Below, in pieces: positions 1 to 13,399 of a stretch of 63,699 bases of DNA. Made by a program: the position numbers and the translations under genes. The first letter of the stretch is position 1. Each line of letters starts with the position of its first letter. Location: positions 124,001 to 187,699 of the forward strand of contig JAPETS010000046.1 of NCBI GenBank assembly GCA_026023565.1, in the 5' to 3' direction. The notes under the pieces were generated by a model that saw only the letters and a program-made list of their open reading frames with translations, searched no databases and had not been told where the DNA came from. The stretch is from Cirrosporium novae-zelandiae (taxonomy: Eukaryota).

Positions 1-661
1 CCAAGTAGTCGATGAGTCTTCTGGCACCGTTGATATGAAATCTCCAGTCATCTTTGCCAGAATCGATAAGCTCAAATTCGATGAGAAGCACAGACGCTAG
101 AGCGACGTCTATGTCAACTGAGTGCATATCATGGAGGGCGAAATTTAGTAATCGAAGAGCATGCTGTTTAGCTATGAGAGCGTCCTTGTACGGATTTGAT
201 GACTGACGTATTGACAAGTTCAAAGGAGCATAATGCGTTGGTGTGCTTGGATGAGAGTGGGGCGAAAATGATGGTATGACTCCCGTGAGCATCGATCTCT
301 GGAAAATATTTGAAAGACGAAGCGCCGAGTTTGCGATAATAATGTGAAGTAGAACCGCATGTTGTTTTGTTAATGGAATGAGATCACGAAGGGGGTTATG
401 GTTGGGGATATCGTAAATTACAAGGTCTTTACAAACTTGGCTGGCGACTGATATGCCTTAGCAACAATATACTGATATCAGTATGGTTGAGGATAGCTTA
501 CAGTAGGAGAGGTAATACCTAGAATCTTGGTTCAAGTCTTGAAAGAGTGGATCAATTAGAGACCAGGGTAGTAATATTTTAGTACGCTCATTTGCCTGCT
601 TCATTTCCTTTTGCTTCGCATCCTCAAATGTCATGCCCATCATCTTCCCACGGTTTGCCAT
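1..661 (-). CDS. Fungal-specific transcription factor domain protein (Fungal_trans_2 / acr-2-like), runs off the left edge; 5' end uncertain
   Basis: Exons 661-502 and 447-<1, intron 448-501 (GTAAGC...GCTAAG...CAG). The spliced frame is open: MANRGKMMG...SRYYLSYFASQVCKDLVIYDIPNHNPLRDLIP...DALIAKQHALRLL...IEFELIDSGKDDWRFHINGARRLI. No Zn2Cys6 exon was found upstream. Confidence 0.75.
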
Positions 662-799
662 GCTAATGATAACCTTTTGTTAGGTGTGTCATAGAGCTGA
701 CAAGTAAAGAAGAGAGCAAAGTCATCCATCTTCTCAGATTTCGGATTAGTCTTATATAGGGTGATTAATTAATTATATGGATAAGGATAAGGTTATATA

Positions 800-1007
800 C
801 AGCTGCAAGTCTTGTGTCTTGGCCTCCTATCTAGGAATAGCTTGTTATGTAATTAGACTACTTATTGGTCCATTTTCCTTTTCGTCACTCCAGCATTTTC
901 TCATTTCTCCCATTTCTCCCTCCTGTCCGTAGATTTTTTACCTGCTTTCCCCTCTTACTTCATACAATATGTCCAAGTGGCAGCCAAGACACAGATCTCA
1001 CAGCCTG
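800..1007. mobile_element. Possible degenerate MITE (imperfect terminal inverted repeats)
   Basis: Perfect 11-bp inverted pair TGTGTCTTGGC (813-823) / GCCAAGACACA (983-993), extendable imperfectly to CAG...CTG ends; no clear TSD. Confidence 0.3.
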
Positions 1008-1312
1008 AAGTAATGCTTGTTCTACCACTTTCCTTCTAGCCCAATGTGAGGTCGTTGGCCTACAACAAGCGTCATGGCTCATAGTAAGGCTACGCTTCAG
1101 TCCTTTCTGTATCAATTGCACAAGCTGTATATTTCTCAATATAGCTCTTTTTCTTTTTTTTTGAGTTTCTCTCCTACCTCCTTCGCTCTATAAAAACGAG
1201 CTTTCAAACCAGGGCACTATTGAACCAAGTCTTTAGCTCTATTATCAATTTTCGTTCACTGTTGGGTATATTGTTAGAATTATGATTGCAAATTTCGCTC
1301 TCACATCTACAG

Positions 1313-2736
1313 GAGTATTTTATTAGTGGGTTTAATATAATCCTTCCGACCCTGAGCATTACCCTCGAGATACCCCTCAAGTCACAAACTTGGCCAGCTA
1401 GTGCCTTTTCCTTGGTGGCCGGGGCTTTCCTCCTTCCTTTCGGCCGCCTTGCTGATATGTATGGTGGATATATTGTCTTTATATGTGGATTGATATGGTT
1501 CTTTATCTGGTCACTTATTGGCGGCTTCAGTCAGAACTATCTGATGCTCATTTTCTGCCGGGCGCTACAGGGGTTTGGGCCTGCTGCATTCCTACCCGCT
1601 GGTATAATGTTACTCGGCAGCATTTACCGACCAGGACCTCGAAAAAATCTCATGTTTGGTCTATACGGATCTTTTACACCTATAGGGTTTTTCTCTAGTA
1701 TATTTATCAACGGTATCAGCGAACAATATCTTCCATGGGGTTGGTATTTCTGGATCGGTGCAGGCCTTCTCTTGGTAGTATATTTTGTGGCGTTAATTAC
1801 TGTTCCCTCGGGTCGATTGGACGGACACTGCCAGAAAGTGAAGATGGACTGGTGGGGTGCATTTACCATCGTCCCAGGGCTGCTGTTGGTAGTCTACGCC
1901 ATCACCGATAGCTCACATGCTCCAAATGGCTAGTCAACACCGTATATATACACCACTTTTGTCCTTGGTATCATATTTCTCTGCGGCGCCTTTTACGTTG
2001 AGGGCTGGGTAGCCGATATGCCATTACTGCCTTTTGACCTTTTCAGGGTCAGATGCATGAAACCCCTAGTAGTCTCCCTATTTTTAACCTACGGCGTCTA
2101 TGGCATTTATCTTTTCTACGCGAGTTTCTTGTGAGTCTAACTGCCTAGCATGTCTGTCAAGTTCCAGCTGATCACAAACACAGTATTGAAACCGTGTTGG
2201 GTATTTCTGCCCTACAAACGACCGCATGGTTTGCGCCCATGGCCACAGGAGGCCTTGTTCTCGCTACGGTCGGCGGCTTCACCCTCCACCTTCTCCCAGG
2301 GAAGATCCTCCTAGTAATTTCCGGAATAGGTTATGTAACCAGCGTATTACTATTCGCAATTATCCCCCCCAACTACAACTACTGGTCCAACATCTTTCCC
2401 GCAATGCTAGCAGCAACCTTGGAGGTAGATGTGGCCTACAGCGTCAGCAACGTCTTCATCACAACCAGTCTCCCGAAGCACATGCAAGGGCTCGCGGGGG
2501 CCTTGATCAATAGCATTGTATTCCTGGGAATCAGCTTCTTTCTCGGATTCGCGGATCTAGTTGTGTCGAATACCGCTTATTTGGGGAAGAGAGGGAGCTA
2601 CAAGGCGGCGTTTTGGTTCGGTGTTGGATGCGCTGGAGTCGGACTTGTTTTGGTTGTGGGGTTTGTAGATGTGGGAAAAGCGAAGAGCGACCTCACGTTG
2701 GAAGAAAAGGCTGAGTTGGAGGGTGAGCTGAACTAA
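1313..2736 (+). pseudogene. MFS drug:H+ antiporter (DHA2/14-TMS, Atr1/Amf1-like) with premature stop
   Basis: MFS motifs (FGRLADMYG, CRALQGFG, YRPGPRKN). In-frame TAG at 1931-1933 in HAPNG*STPYI, where W is expected. The frame continues to intron 2131-2183, then to TAA at 2734-2736. No convincing N-terminal exon upstream of the acceptor at 1312. Confidence 0.85.
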
Positions 2737-2759
2737 ACTGATGGGTGGAGTTCTTCTTA

Positions 2760-4450
2760 CAACGCCTGTGATGGAATATAATAAGGCTTAGATCTACGTG
2801 TACAACTAGTATGGATATCATAATACCTTAGACTCTAGAATTCAAGCTACGACCTTACCTATCTATCTACCTCTAGATAGGGATTATATAACCCAGAGTT
2901 ACTGTACACATACAGTATTCACACCTTGAGCATCTATGCACATGAGGTCTTCTCACTACCTAGGGAGTTGCTTACTTACTAAACTTAAAACCTCAACAAA
3001 CAGAAGCCCTTAATCTAGAGTCGAACGAGCACCACCTTAGGGTAGGGTAGGGGGATCCTCACATGTGGGAGAGGTCTTGGTGACTTGTAAATAATAAATA
3101 TTGGCAATCCCTAACAATTCCCATTCCCCCCATTCCCCATTCCCACTCACTCAGTCGTCGAACCCCAAAAAAACAACACATCTTGGATAAACCCAATCCC
3201 AAGTCCCCTTATTTATTATGGATACCTAAACCAACATGCACATGAACTCACCTTATATATATACTTATAAATATATAAATGGGTTGGATGATTTTTAATT
3301 TAATTTTTTTTTATTTGATTGGGTGGTATGTATGGGAGTTGGGAAGTTGGGAAGAGAGGAAGTAAGGAAGAGAGGGGGGGGTGTTTGTGATATTGACATA
3401 AATCACTATTCCTATCTATCGTTGCTATCTATCGTTAAACACCTAAGTAGGTAGGTAGGTGTATCTAAATCCAGTGCAGTGCGGTCATATCCCAGTCAGT
3501 AAAAATCAGATAGTTAGTCCATTCCATTCCATTCCATTCACATTCAACAATTCTTTTTTCCATATTACGTGTGTGTATATATATATATATATATTGCTAT
3601 ACTTAAAGGGGGAAAAGAAGAATATTATTAATATAATCAACCATCACCACTGATCGTCTACTTATTTGTTAATAGGACAAATCCAATCAATTCAATCCTA
3701 CAGTTCGCTCAACTTTCTTTCTTTCATTCCGTTTCGTTCTTTCATTTCTTTCCATAACGTGTATATATATATATTGCTATGCCCCAAATGCCCTAAGACC
3801 TAAGACCTATTATCTCAATTGATTTTGCTATAAAACCACACCTTCATGTCATGCCCATGCCAATAACCCAGTCCCATATTAAATTAAATATGGCCCTCCC
3901 TTTCTTCCTTCTTCCTCAAAAGCGAACAGCAATAGCAATAGCAATAGCCATACCCATACCCATACATAGACCATACATAGACACGGACATAGCTGTAATA
4001 ATAAAGGGCAGCAATAGCAAAAAAAAGGCAAAAGTTTGGGGGTACTCGCAACACAACAAACAATACACAATACAAAAAGAAAAAAAAAAAACATTAACCG
4101 GAAATTCCCTTTGCCATCCCCATTTCATCTTCTCTCTCTCTAAATCCTCCCATCCATCTCCATCCATTCACCTAAAAACCAACCACATTCAATAAAATCG
4201 CCCACACCAATCCCATCCTCCCTCTCGCCTAAAAAAGGCAACAAAATAAAAAGGAAATAAAAGGTAGGGGAGGGAAATGAATAATAAAAAAAATTCCCAA
4301 TCCAGTTGTAAAATACGTTTTTGAGAGAAGGAGTTCAAAAGGGTTCGCTTTTTAAAACAAAGCACAAGACACAAATAAAAAGGGTAAAGTAGTTCCCGAC
4401 TGGTTATACATAATTCGATCGTTTGAAGAAAAAAAAAAACTAGGATTGTT
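2760..4450. repeat. AT-rich low-complexity / microsatellite tract
   Basis: (TA)n, (CATTC)n, (GCAATA)n, poly-A runs; ORFs here are compositionally biased. Confidence 0.8.
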
Positions 4451-4855
4451 TTGTCTCATTCGCTCATCAAATCGGCCACCTTCTATTGCAAACGCGAAAA
4501 AAAGTACGTGAGTGCAAAAAAGCAGGCTAATTCTAGCGCCGAAATTGAGCTCCGAATGGTAAAATGACAATGTTAAACGAGCCAATCTTAATGGCACCGT
4601 CCGAACAAAACCCCGTCAACGCCATTTGCTTCCAGGGGAATAAGACACTCCTAAAAAAGAATGAAATGCTATATTTAAGTGCTCTGAAAAACATCCATGA
4701 CCGATCAACTGCTGAATATCGGTCTCATCCCGTGAGCCCGTTTCACCCATAGCTGAACAGTCACCTTGGCAGATGCACTACCGTAAAAATCCCCAAATCG
4801 TCACTCATACCATAACTCCCTGCAAATTACTCCAGAATTCAAAACCACATCTAAA

Positions 4856-6706
4856 TTAATCCTTGGGTGATGGACACTTTTTCCGAGCGGTTCGACCATC
4901 TGCACGCTTGTACTGCATGGTCAAATCATAGATTCCAGCCTCATCAAGACCATCACTATAACTAAAAGCTGGATCTTGACCCATCGCTGCATTTCCTGGA
5001 CGCATTCCACTATGTAGAGGTTGAGAAAGATGGGATTGATCAAAAGCATTTCCATAAGGTCGCTTTTGTAACGAACTTCTGGGAGTGTATTCTGGTATAC
5101 TTGTTGATGGCGCAGAGTATGCGACAGGCTTTGGCTGGTCATAAGGTTGGGCTGGCATGCTAATAGCGGGAGCTGACATGATACTATTCGAGGTGTCGTA
5201 GTTTCTTTCGTTTGACTGGAATGTCTTTAGTGGTGGAAGGGGATGAGAGTTGCTGGCTGGAGCCGCTGTATTTGGTGCTTGCACTGAAGCTTGCGCTGGT
5301 AATGAATTCTGGTTGTAGTACGATGGCACCGAGACACCGCTGTAGTTGCTGTCCGACGACTGGTAACTTCCACTGGAGTTTTGCATATAGGTTGGCGTCT
5401 GCGGAACAGAGGCACGACGATAATCGGGCGCGGACCTATACTCTTGACTGTCCGAGCGGCTGTGAGGAGTGACGGGTGGTTGCATGTAGGACTGAGAGGT
5501 GGAATAACCGTAATTTGGAGTCGTTGTCATCTGGCGAGGAGGTGGTGCTGGTTGTTGGTATTGATAACTCGAGTGAGTCTGTGGTGGATAGCTGGTCATC
5601 GGTTGATTCATTTGCTGATGAGACATGGGCAGCTGCGGTGTCTGGTAATGCGATGCCGAGGAGCCGCCAAATCCAAGATGCGAGTAACCATTAGCTCCAC
5701 TTTGCGGTGTTGGAGGCTGTGGGTATGACGAATGGTTGTAATATCCCATCGTTTCCACTGAAGATCGCCGACGTGGCTCAACAGAGTAGCCATTTGAACC
5801 ATCGATGCTTCCGTGGCTAACAGACCTTGGCCTTTCCATGACTTGATGGCTGTAGCCATCAGGAGTCACGTAGCGATCTGGTCGCGGATACGCCTTTTCC
5901 TCATCATATCCATCAAAATCCTTCTCTGCCTTGTTATCCCGACGACGCATACGAACATCACGTCGAATCCTTACACGGCAGCCTTGTTCAGCGATCAAAC
6001 GGCTGAGCTGTGTGCTTTCATTGAGACCTGGGAATTTCTTGGCGCTGTAAACGTTGAACGGTTCCGACTTGACCTCTAACCGTGGATAGAAGCAGGAGGT
6101 TGTTGATGGGGTGCCTGGATATGCATTCTGGGGAGGTTCGCTGAGATTTGGTTGCGGCTCTGCATCGATATTCTTTTCATCTTTGACTTCCTCGAAAAGA
6201 TTAAAGATCAATCTGTATTTGCCTTCGTGACGAACCGAAAGATCGGGAAAGACAAAGTATCCCGCCGCCCGAGGTCTGTCGAAATATGCGATGCCGGCTA
6301 CTGGTGTTCCCGTCAAGACCGGATGAGACATGGGCTGTGCTCCATGAGGCTTTGCGATTGCTCGTGCGTGCTCGAGCGTAGCGAAAAGAAAGAAGTTTGC
6401 ATTATATCTGAAAGTGATTTCTTCATTCTTTCCATTCGCATCGACCTCAAATATCTGTAGCTCGACTACAGGAGGAGGATCTACAGGTCGACGATCGGCC
6501 GAGGCTATGGACAAACTCAGTCATTTCTTTCCTTTCTTCGGAACGAAATTCGACTTACACTTCGCGCCTTGACCACATGCTCTTGCACGTTCCGGTTGTT
6601 GGATAACCGTCAACTCATAGTGTAGTTTCTTCCCTTCTCTTGTCACCCGGGTGAAACTGCTTGCCGTTTCTTTCTGTGCTGGATTGACTGGATTCATGGC
6701 AGCCAT
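4856..6706 (-). CDS. veA: Velvet-complex developmental/secondary-metabolism regulator VeA (~598 aa)
   Basis: Exons 6706-6559 and 6504-4856, intron 6505-6558. The splice gives [40 protein letters not shown]; also FVFPDLSVRHEGKYRL, AKKFPGL, EQGCRVRIRRDVRMRRR, a P/S/Q-rich region and C-terminal YKRADG. Confidence 0.97.
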
Positions 6707-6908
6707 GATGGAATGTCGGATGGATTATACTTGGGTGGATAGACACATGGAAAGAATATGACAAAAGAAGGTTGTCGTCCTGGAAACTGCGCTCCTTTAC
6801 AATCATTAGTGGTGCTCGAATTACTAACAGAAGAAGGTCGAGGGCGATAAGACAAGACGAGGGACGGCATCAAGGGCAATAGATGGGCTCAGATGATGAA
6901 ATACCAAT

Positions 6909-7099
6909 CTACATCAATTCCAGTTGTCAGGTTTCCCAAGGTCAAGATTCTCGGACTCGAGATGAACTTGGAAGAAACCGTGAACCTGTGACGCGGATTG
7001 GAATGTGGATTCTCGGGGACCAAGACCATGAAAACCATAGAACAGGTGAACCAATGGTCGGTAGTGGAGAGGAGGTTGATGATATTGAATTGGACTTAC
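6909..7099 (-). other. Predicted intron in the veA 5'UTR
   Basis: Minus-strand donor GTAAGT at 7099, branch CTGAC at 6930-6926, acceptor TAG ending at 6909. Confidence 0.6.
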
Positions 7100-7814
7100 C
7101 CGGACAACGTTGAAATGATTTGACCAGACAAATTTGATGAGAATTGTCTGATAGAGCTGGATTATGATAGAAAAGAAAATATAAGATGGTTCAATGGTGG
7201 CAAGGGTAGATCAAGTGAGGATGGAAAAGGTAGTGCAGGTGGGCGGTTGCAGCTGAACAGGATAGATTTGGGGGGGGTGTGAGCAGCTTTCGTAAGGAGG
7301 CTTTCGTTCTGTGAATGGCTCATGCGATTATAGTGGCAGAGTAGTACAGAGGGAGGGGAGGGGGGGAGGTTAGGTTGAGTTGGGGTGGGAATTGAATGGG
7401 AATTGAATTGTCCTTGGACTCCCGAGAGATCCTGGCTGTTTGGCTCAAGGGATTTTTGCTTTTGTCACTTTTGGTTGTGGTAACAAAACTTGGAAACGAA
7501 TCAGATAGTGGACCAAGGTGTCGGTTTCTTTCGATGGCACCCACCCCTCAAGTCACTTTCAATCACTAAGTCACTTTTTAAGTCTCACTTGTGTTTTTTA
7601 TTTTTTTTTCTTTGTTTTTTATTTTTTGATGTTCCAACTTTTCCTTGTCGCTTGGACTCGGGTTCCCCCCCAAAATGTATATTGGCCCCCCCTAATTACT
7701 TTAATCCTTGGCTTTGGGAATGAGGAACTTCAAGCCATGCATATACGCATACCAAAGTCCACATGAACTCAAGCGATGGAGAGCCTACCCGAGCAAAAAT
7801 AAGCGAAAAGATGA

Positions 7815-9670
7815 TGATGATAATAATAATTGTAATTGTAATGACTGTAATAACTGTAATGATTGTAATGATTATAATAACTAATAATTCTAATGATTGT
7901 CATAATTGTAGATTGTAATTGTAGATTGTAATGGTAGATTATAGATTGTCGTATTGTAGTATTGATTGAGTTACAGTTTTAGACTGGGGGGAGACAAGGA
8001 ATTGGACGGGTCAACTTTTGGAAAGAAAAGTGACAGGACGGACACAGAACACCGGACACCGGACACCGGACATAGGACACAGGACAGGAAGAGGCAGTTG
8101 GATCCCCGTTATTCTTGTTGGTGTTGGTTCCAGTTGGTCCAGTTGGTCCAGTTGATCCAAAGTTGGTTCCAAGTTGGTCCCAGTTGGCCTGCCTCGGTAA
8201 AGTGGTGACTGAACTTAGTCAGAGACTTGTTCGCTTGCGGGCCAAGGAAGAGCTAAATAGGTCATGACCAAGTGGGGAATATAACCCAGGGGCTTTAGTA
8301 AAGTTTTAGTAGAGTTTTAACAGCGCTCCCAGGGCTCCAAGGGCTCAAAGCAGGGTTTTTGGAAGAACCAAAAGAACCAAATATCGGAAGTAAAAAGGCT
8401 TTTTGGGAAAATGCGGGAGAAAGTCTAAGAGAATCCACAACCTGAGGCCACTAATTACTGAATATTGTTGTTTACTGCCTTAGGTTCCTCTTAGTTCCCC
8501 TGCCTAGTTTCCCTCCTTGTAGTTACTTTTAATCCCCCTTAGTCGCCTTAGTTGCCTGAGCTGCCTTAGCTGCCTTAGCTGCCTTAGCTGCCTTAAACTA
8601 TCCTTAGTTCCCTCTAGATGCCCCCCCCCCCCCCGAGAGTGGTCATTGAAACGGAACCATTCCAAGACATACAACTGCCCCCATTGAAAGTAAGTAAGAC
8701 CAACTTGACGGCTAAAAGCTTCGACTCCCAGCATCGACTTTGGGAGATAATTGGGGATAATTCAGCATAAAAGCTGGGAGAGAGAACTCCCGGGTTCATC
8801 ATTTCACTTCCCCCCTTCTCTTCCCTTCCCTTCCTCTCCACTTCCCTTCCTCGATTAAAAGGCCCACACCCTCACTTATTTTATTTAACAATCAAACATC
8901 CTGGAAAATTCATAAAAAATTAAAAAATAATTAATTAACTAAAAAAAAAGGGAACTTGTTTCCAAACGGTAACGTCGCACAAATCAAAGTTACACTCTAA
9001 TTGCTGGCATCCATAAATCAGCCCAGCCAACTTGGACAAGGATTGTGTTCTGTGTAGATGATGGAAAGAAATGCCACTGATGGCTGTGTACAGTACTTCG
9101 AATATTGGTAGTGTTGGTAATAAATCCCCATATGCTTTGATGGTATGATATCTGCAGGAAGTGCAGGAAATGCAGGAAATGCAGGAAACGCCATTTTAAT
9201 GTCAGCCATGGCATCGCACAGCCATTTTTCCAATTTTTGGTAACCCATCTCCTGTCTACCCACCACTTTTACACCTTTCCACCTTTCCATCTTTTTCACA
9301 GTTCCCGCAAAGTTGTTCACACCATCTCTTCGGGGATCCAGTCAAGTCATTCCCTCTCCTATCGGATAACTGGCCGTTGGTATGCCTGCATTAAAAAACA
9401 CCCAGGTACAGAAGCATTGGGTTTGAGGTACCCTGTTGAATGGGGAAACCACGGGGGGGCGAATTATACTTAGTAGACGCCGATGGATGATTGACTAGTT
9501 GAGTCACTTTTTTTGTTCGACTCGTTGGGGTTGGACGGGAACTTGCAAGGCTTTGGGGAAGGACAAGAAGGACAAGAAGGACCAGAAGGGCCAAGAAGGA
9601 AAAGAGGGACCAGAGGGACCAGAGGGGACAAGAAAGAGGGACAGCTTAGACCCTAAGACCTAAGAGAGAT
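7815..9670. repeat. Cluster of short tandem repeats, mostly 7-9-bp units
   Basis: (GGACACC)n ~8050, (GTTGGTCCA)n ~8130, (GCCTTAGCT)n ~8545-8595, (GCAGGAAAT)n ~9153-9188, (GGACAAGAA)n ~9560, (GGGACCAGA)n ~9606. Confidence 0.9.
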
Positions 9671-12600
9671 GGACCCACTAAAGACGGACCGGTTAAATCG
9701 GGGCGTGACCTTTACCCGTCCCAGCTTGGATTTACTTTGACGGACCTACACGCCAAGTCTATATTCGGTTAGTATCTGGTTAAATTGTATTCTCTCGACT
9801 CAATGATTTCTGGTAATCCCAGTCTACTTTGATCCCTAATGACTCGGAATTAATCTTGATATGCCGAATATCCTTCCGTTCTCAATTTCTCTCAAAATGA
9901 TCAAAGACATGTTGACATCAGAAGAGACAAAATAACTTTTCTCATTGCTTCTTCATTCTTCTGGAAAATCTAGTCAAACTGTCAGATCTGGTCTCTTGAT
10001 TTAACTGGTCAAATGCAGATAATATCATCATTTTCGAGTGATTGTGAGACTTAGTGGCAGCGGTTGGCTTGAGCTCAACTCAACTGACCAATTCAACTCA
10101 GCACACGTCAACCACGGTCCATGGTCCACGGTCCACGACGATTCACGATAACTTTTACTCTCGGTAGATAAGAAATAGTCAAAAAAAAAAAACGCCTGGA
10201 TCACCAACTGCTCTTTTCCAAACAAAATAAAATGTACATGGAGGCCGGGCAACGGAGGAGCGGATAACTAGCTGTACAAAGTAACTCATCTTGCTGCTGC
10301 AATTCCCATCAAACATGAAAAGCCTTGCAGCACACGTTGATTCTCAATTGTCTTTGCCGCCAAGCCACATGTGTGAGGTTGTTTCGTGTATCCCGGCGAG
10401 CCTGATACTTGGGGTTCTTAGCCATGTATGGAATCTGTACCACAACAGTCTTTGCAGCAACTCGAACGAGCAAAATACCTTTTGTTCATGTGCGTGCTTT
10501 CCGTCCCTAACGCGTGGCTGACAATGCCGCTGGATAGATTTCCGAAAACAGGAGTCCTGGTTTTTATTCCATGCCGACTGATTATTGACCGGATGGCCTG
10601 AGCCTTCTCAAGCCCTTTTGGCCGATGATGGTACATGTACAATCAAGATACCAAGATTTGCATTAAACTAAACCGATTTGTCAATCCGTGCATGAGCTGG
10701 AAAGTCTGTTGGACGAAGAGTACTTGTAGAATCCCTCATTGCCGGGAGCTGTGACATCAATTGCTGTCGGTCTGTCGCCGTGGACCACATCAGAAATTTC
10801 CTTTGGAGACGGATAACTAACGCCTTGTAGCAGACGGTACCCTGGAATTCCTGGATTTCAACAGCGTCCTGAGTTCTAATCGCGTATTGCCGATTCCCGC
10901 GCCCACTAACACCCTTCCACAATTTAACCTGATGAGCTGTCAAATGCAGTCATATTAATTTACAGCCGTTTGTCACACAGGAGAAGCCTCGGAGTTGATG
11001 TTGTTCTTCGAGTCTGGTCCTGGTGGCCCTGATTGTCCCTGATGATTCTCGCTGCTCCGAGTCGATGGATTCAATTTGGCACTACAAACGACAGGGTTAG
11101 CCCTAATAAAACAAAATATAGTCTAGAGATCCTTCAGAAATGATAATTAACGTGATCACTGATCACTGATTATCTTTCTAAAAATGATTGACTTTTCCAC
11201 TAGAATCCACAATTCAAGCCTTTGGTTGTTTCACCACCATTTAGACCATTTAGATTGACTGGCAGTTCCGGCTTAGTGTGCTATCTCTCCCCGTGAGAAA
11301 ATTGAGATCGATTGTAGCAATCTGCCAAAACACCAAACCTCGTTGTGGGTGGAACTGCTAAAAACCAAAAACCATATTTTCTTCAAGGCGAGCCTAGTTC
11401 AGGGTCCAGTTGAGTGGGAACATGTTCTTCACGTCTCCCGCCTTTCTTTTTTTTGCGCAGTGCAGGAAATCTTCCTCTCTGCTAATCAACAGCAATTCCA
11501 CGTTCCCACCACGGCAGTTCGACAAGGTTCGGCCCGTCTTGTGCAAAACTTTTCTTTCATTCCTGTCACCAGTTCCAACTAATCAATGATTTACTTCTAC
11601 ATCATATTATCGTCCGTTGTTCTGCTTTCTCATCTGGGTAATTTTGTATCCATGGTATTTGGTATCTCCAGTCATCTGAACACGCAAGCCAACCCAACCA
11701 CGCAAGTTTTGATTGTCATCTCATCACATTTTATTTTTGTTTTTATTCCTCTTCTCCGGGCAAGCTTTAATTATATTCTCTTCGGCATGTTTGTGAACTT
11801 GTGAACTTTCCTAAGCACGACATCCGAAATGTCAAACTAAATAGTCAAGCTCTCACTCCCGCCGCATGGGCCAAGTGGAGTAAAAAGGTGTCATGGTCCA
11901 TGGTCCATGGTCCATGGCGAGTGAATCTGATGAAGAATTCATCAGAAAAACCACTTATGCAATTGTCACCAGACGTTTCAACCGGCAGTTTGCACACAAC
12001 CCTCCATAAATTCATAAGCGATACTTAACTCGGTCATAGTTACTTTCAACTTCTTCAAAATCAAAAGATGCTCGACTTGTGTGGAGATGACTCAAGAATG
12101 ATGAATGATACAGTACACTCGTACATTGCCCAATTTGAAAAACATTCGTGATGATAATCCGAACAAAACCTTCTCACAAGACCTACGTATGTGGCTACCC
12201 AGGTGCGCCCCCAAAGTCAGGAGAACACACTTTTACATTCTATGGACTTGCATTCTCTGGTCAACGGGGATTTTGAACACCAACCATCCAACCAAAAACC
12301 CCAACCCATCGAACACGGAGAGAAAAACCATGCCCTCTCCCCACCTCCGGTTAACCTTTCTACCTAAAGTGAAAAGTATCCTCCTGACAGGCCCAACTAA
12401 AATAGTTTGAATTTCAATCTCCCTTGCAAAACGAAGGATCAGAACCAACTTTTTTTGAATTGTCGATTTGCGCTTTTTCTACTAACTATTCTAATCCCAT
12501 TCCCTACTTAAATTCTAAAACGGCGTTCTGGACCCATGGGCCGGCAAGCGGCAATTGTCATACCGAGGTTAAACATGGGGTTTCCCTACGCTAAAAGTCA

Positions 12601-13399
12601 AGTACCGAGAGAGGAACCCCGTTAGGCCCGATACTGCCGTTTCATCTAACCTTTTTCCGTGCTGCTAAAGAACCGAAGAAGAGAGTAGAGGATGAAAAAA
12701 AAAGAAACTTGCTGGGCCTGATGATGGCTGAACTCTCCTCTCCTTCAATAACTAATTTGGTAACTAATGAATGCATGCATGCTCAGCTGCTATCTATCTT
12801 ATGGTAGTACACTCTACTGCCACCACTTTAAACTTTCACGGGATTCCTCGTACTTATCTCGCTCTCGTACATAACACCAGAAAACCAAGACTACTGCTAC
12901 CATATACAGTAGTACCAGTTAAGTTATAATATAAGATTGATATAATACTACTTTACTTTTTCTTATCCCCTCATGATGGCGACGACGACGATTTCTTTTT
13001 TCCCAAACAAGCCAGCCACACACATCACATACTTTTGGGAATTCGTAATCCATTTTACGTATGGAGGAAATGCTCTCTGTCCTTGTGCTCGTCACAAACC
13101 ACAACCCACAACCCACAAACCCACCCTACTATACTTGAGTACACTTGTGCCACTGTATAGCCTCGTTACTCGCTAACTCACATGAAAAAGGGACCACCTT
13201 TGATGCCACAGAACTCACCCACTTATTCATATTACATAGCCACTATATCTCGCAACCCACTGCAAACCACCTCCGCAATCGCAAATCGCCGTAAAGAGAA
13301 TAGATTCCGTTGTGTAGACACATCTTTTAGTAGTGTTTGAAGGGGATTTGTTTCCAAACACTGGATTACCCCCCAACAACCTTTCCCAAGCGGCAAAAA

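Noticed and set aside
3519..3546. CATTCC repeats as AbaA/TEA binding sites
   Set aside because: Part of a (CATTC)n microsatellite downstream of convergent genes.
8504..8734. ORF with LRQLRQ repeats
   Set aside because: Product of the 9-bp GCCTTAGCT tandem repeat.
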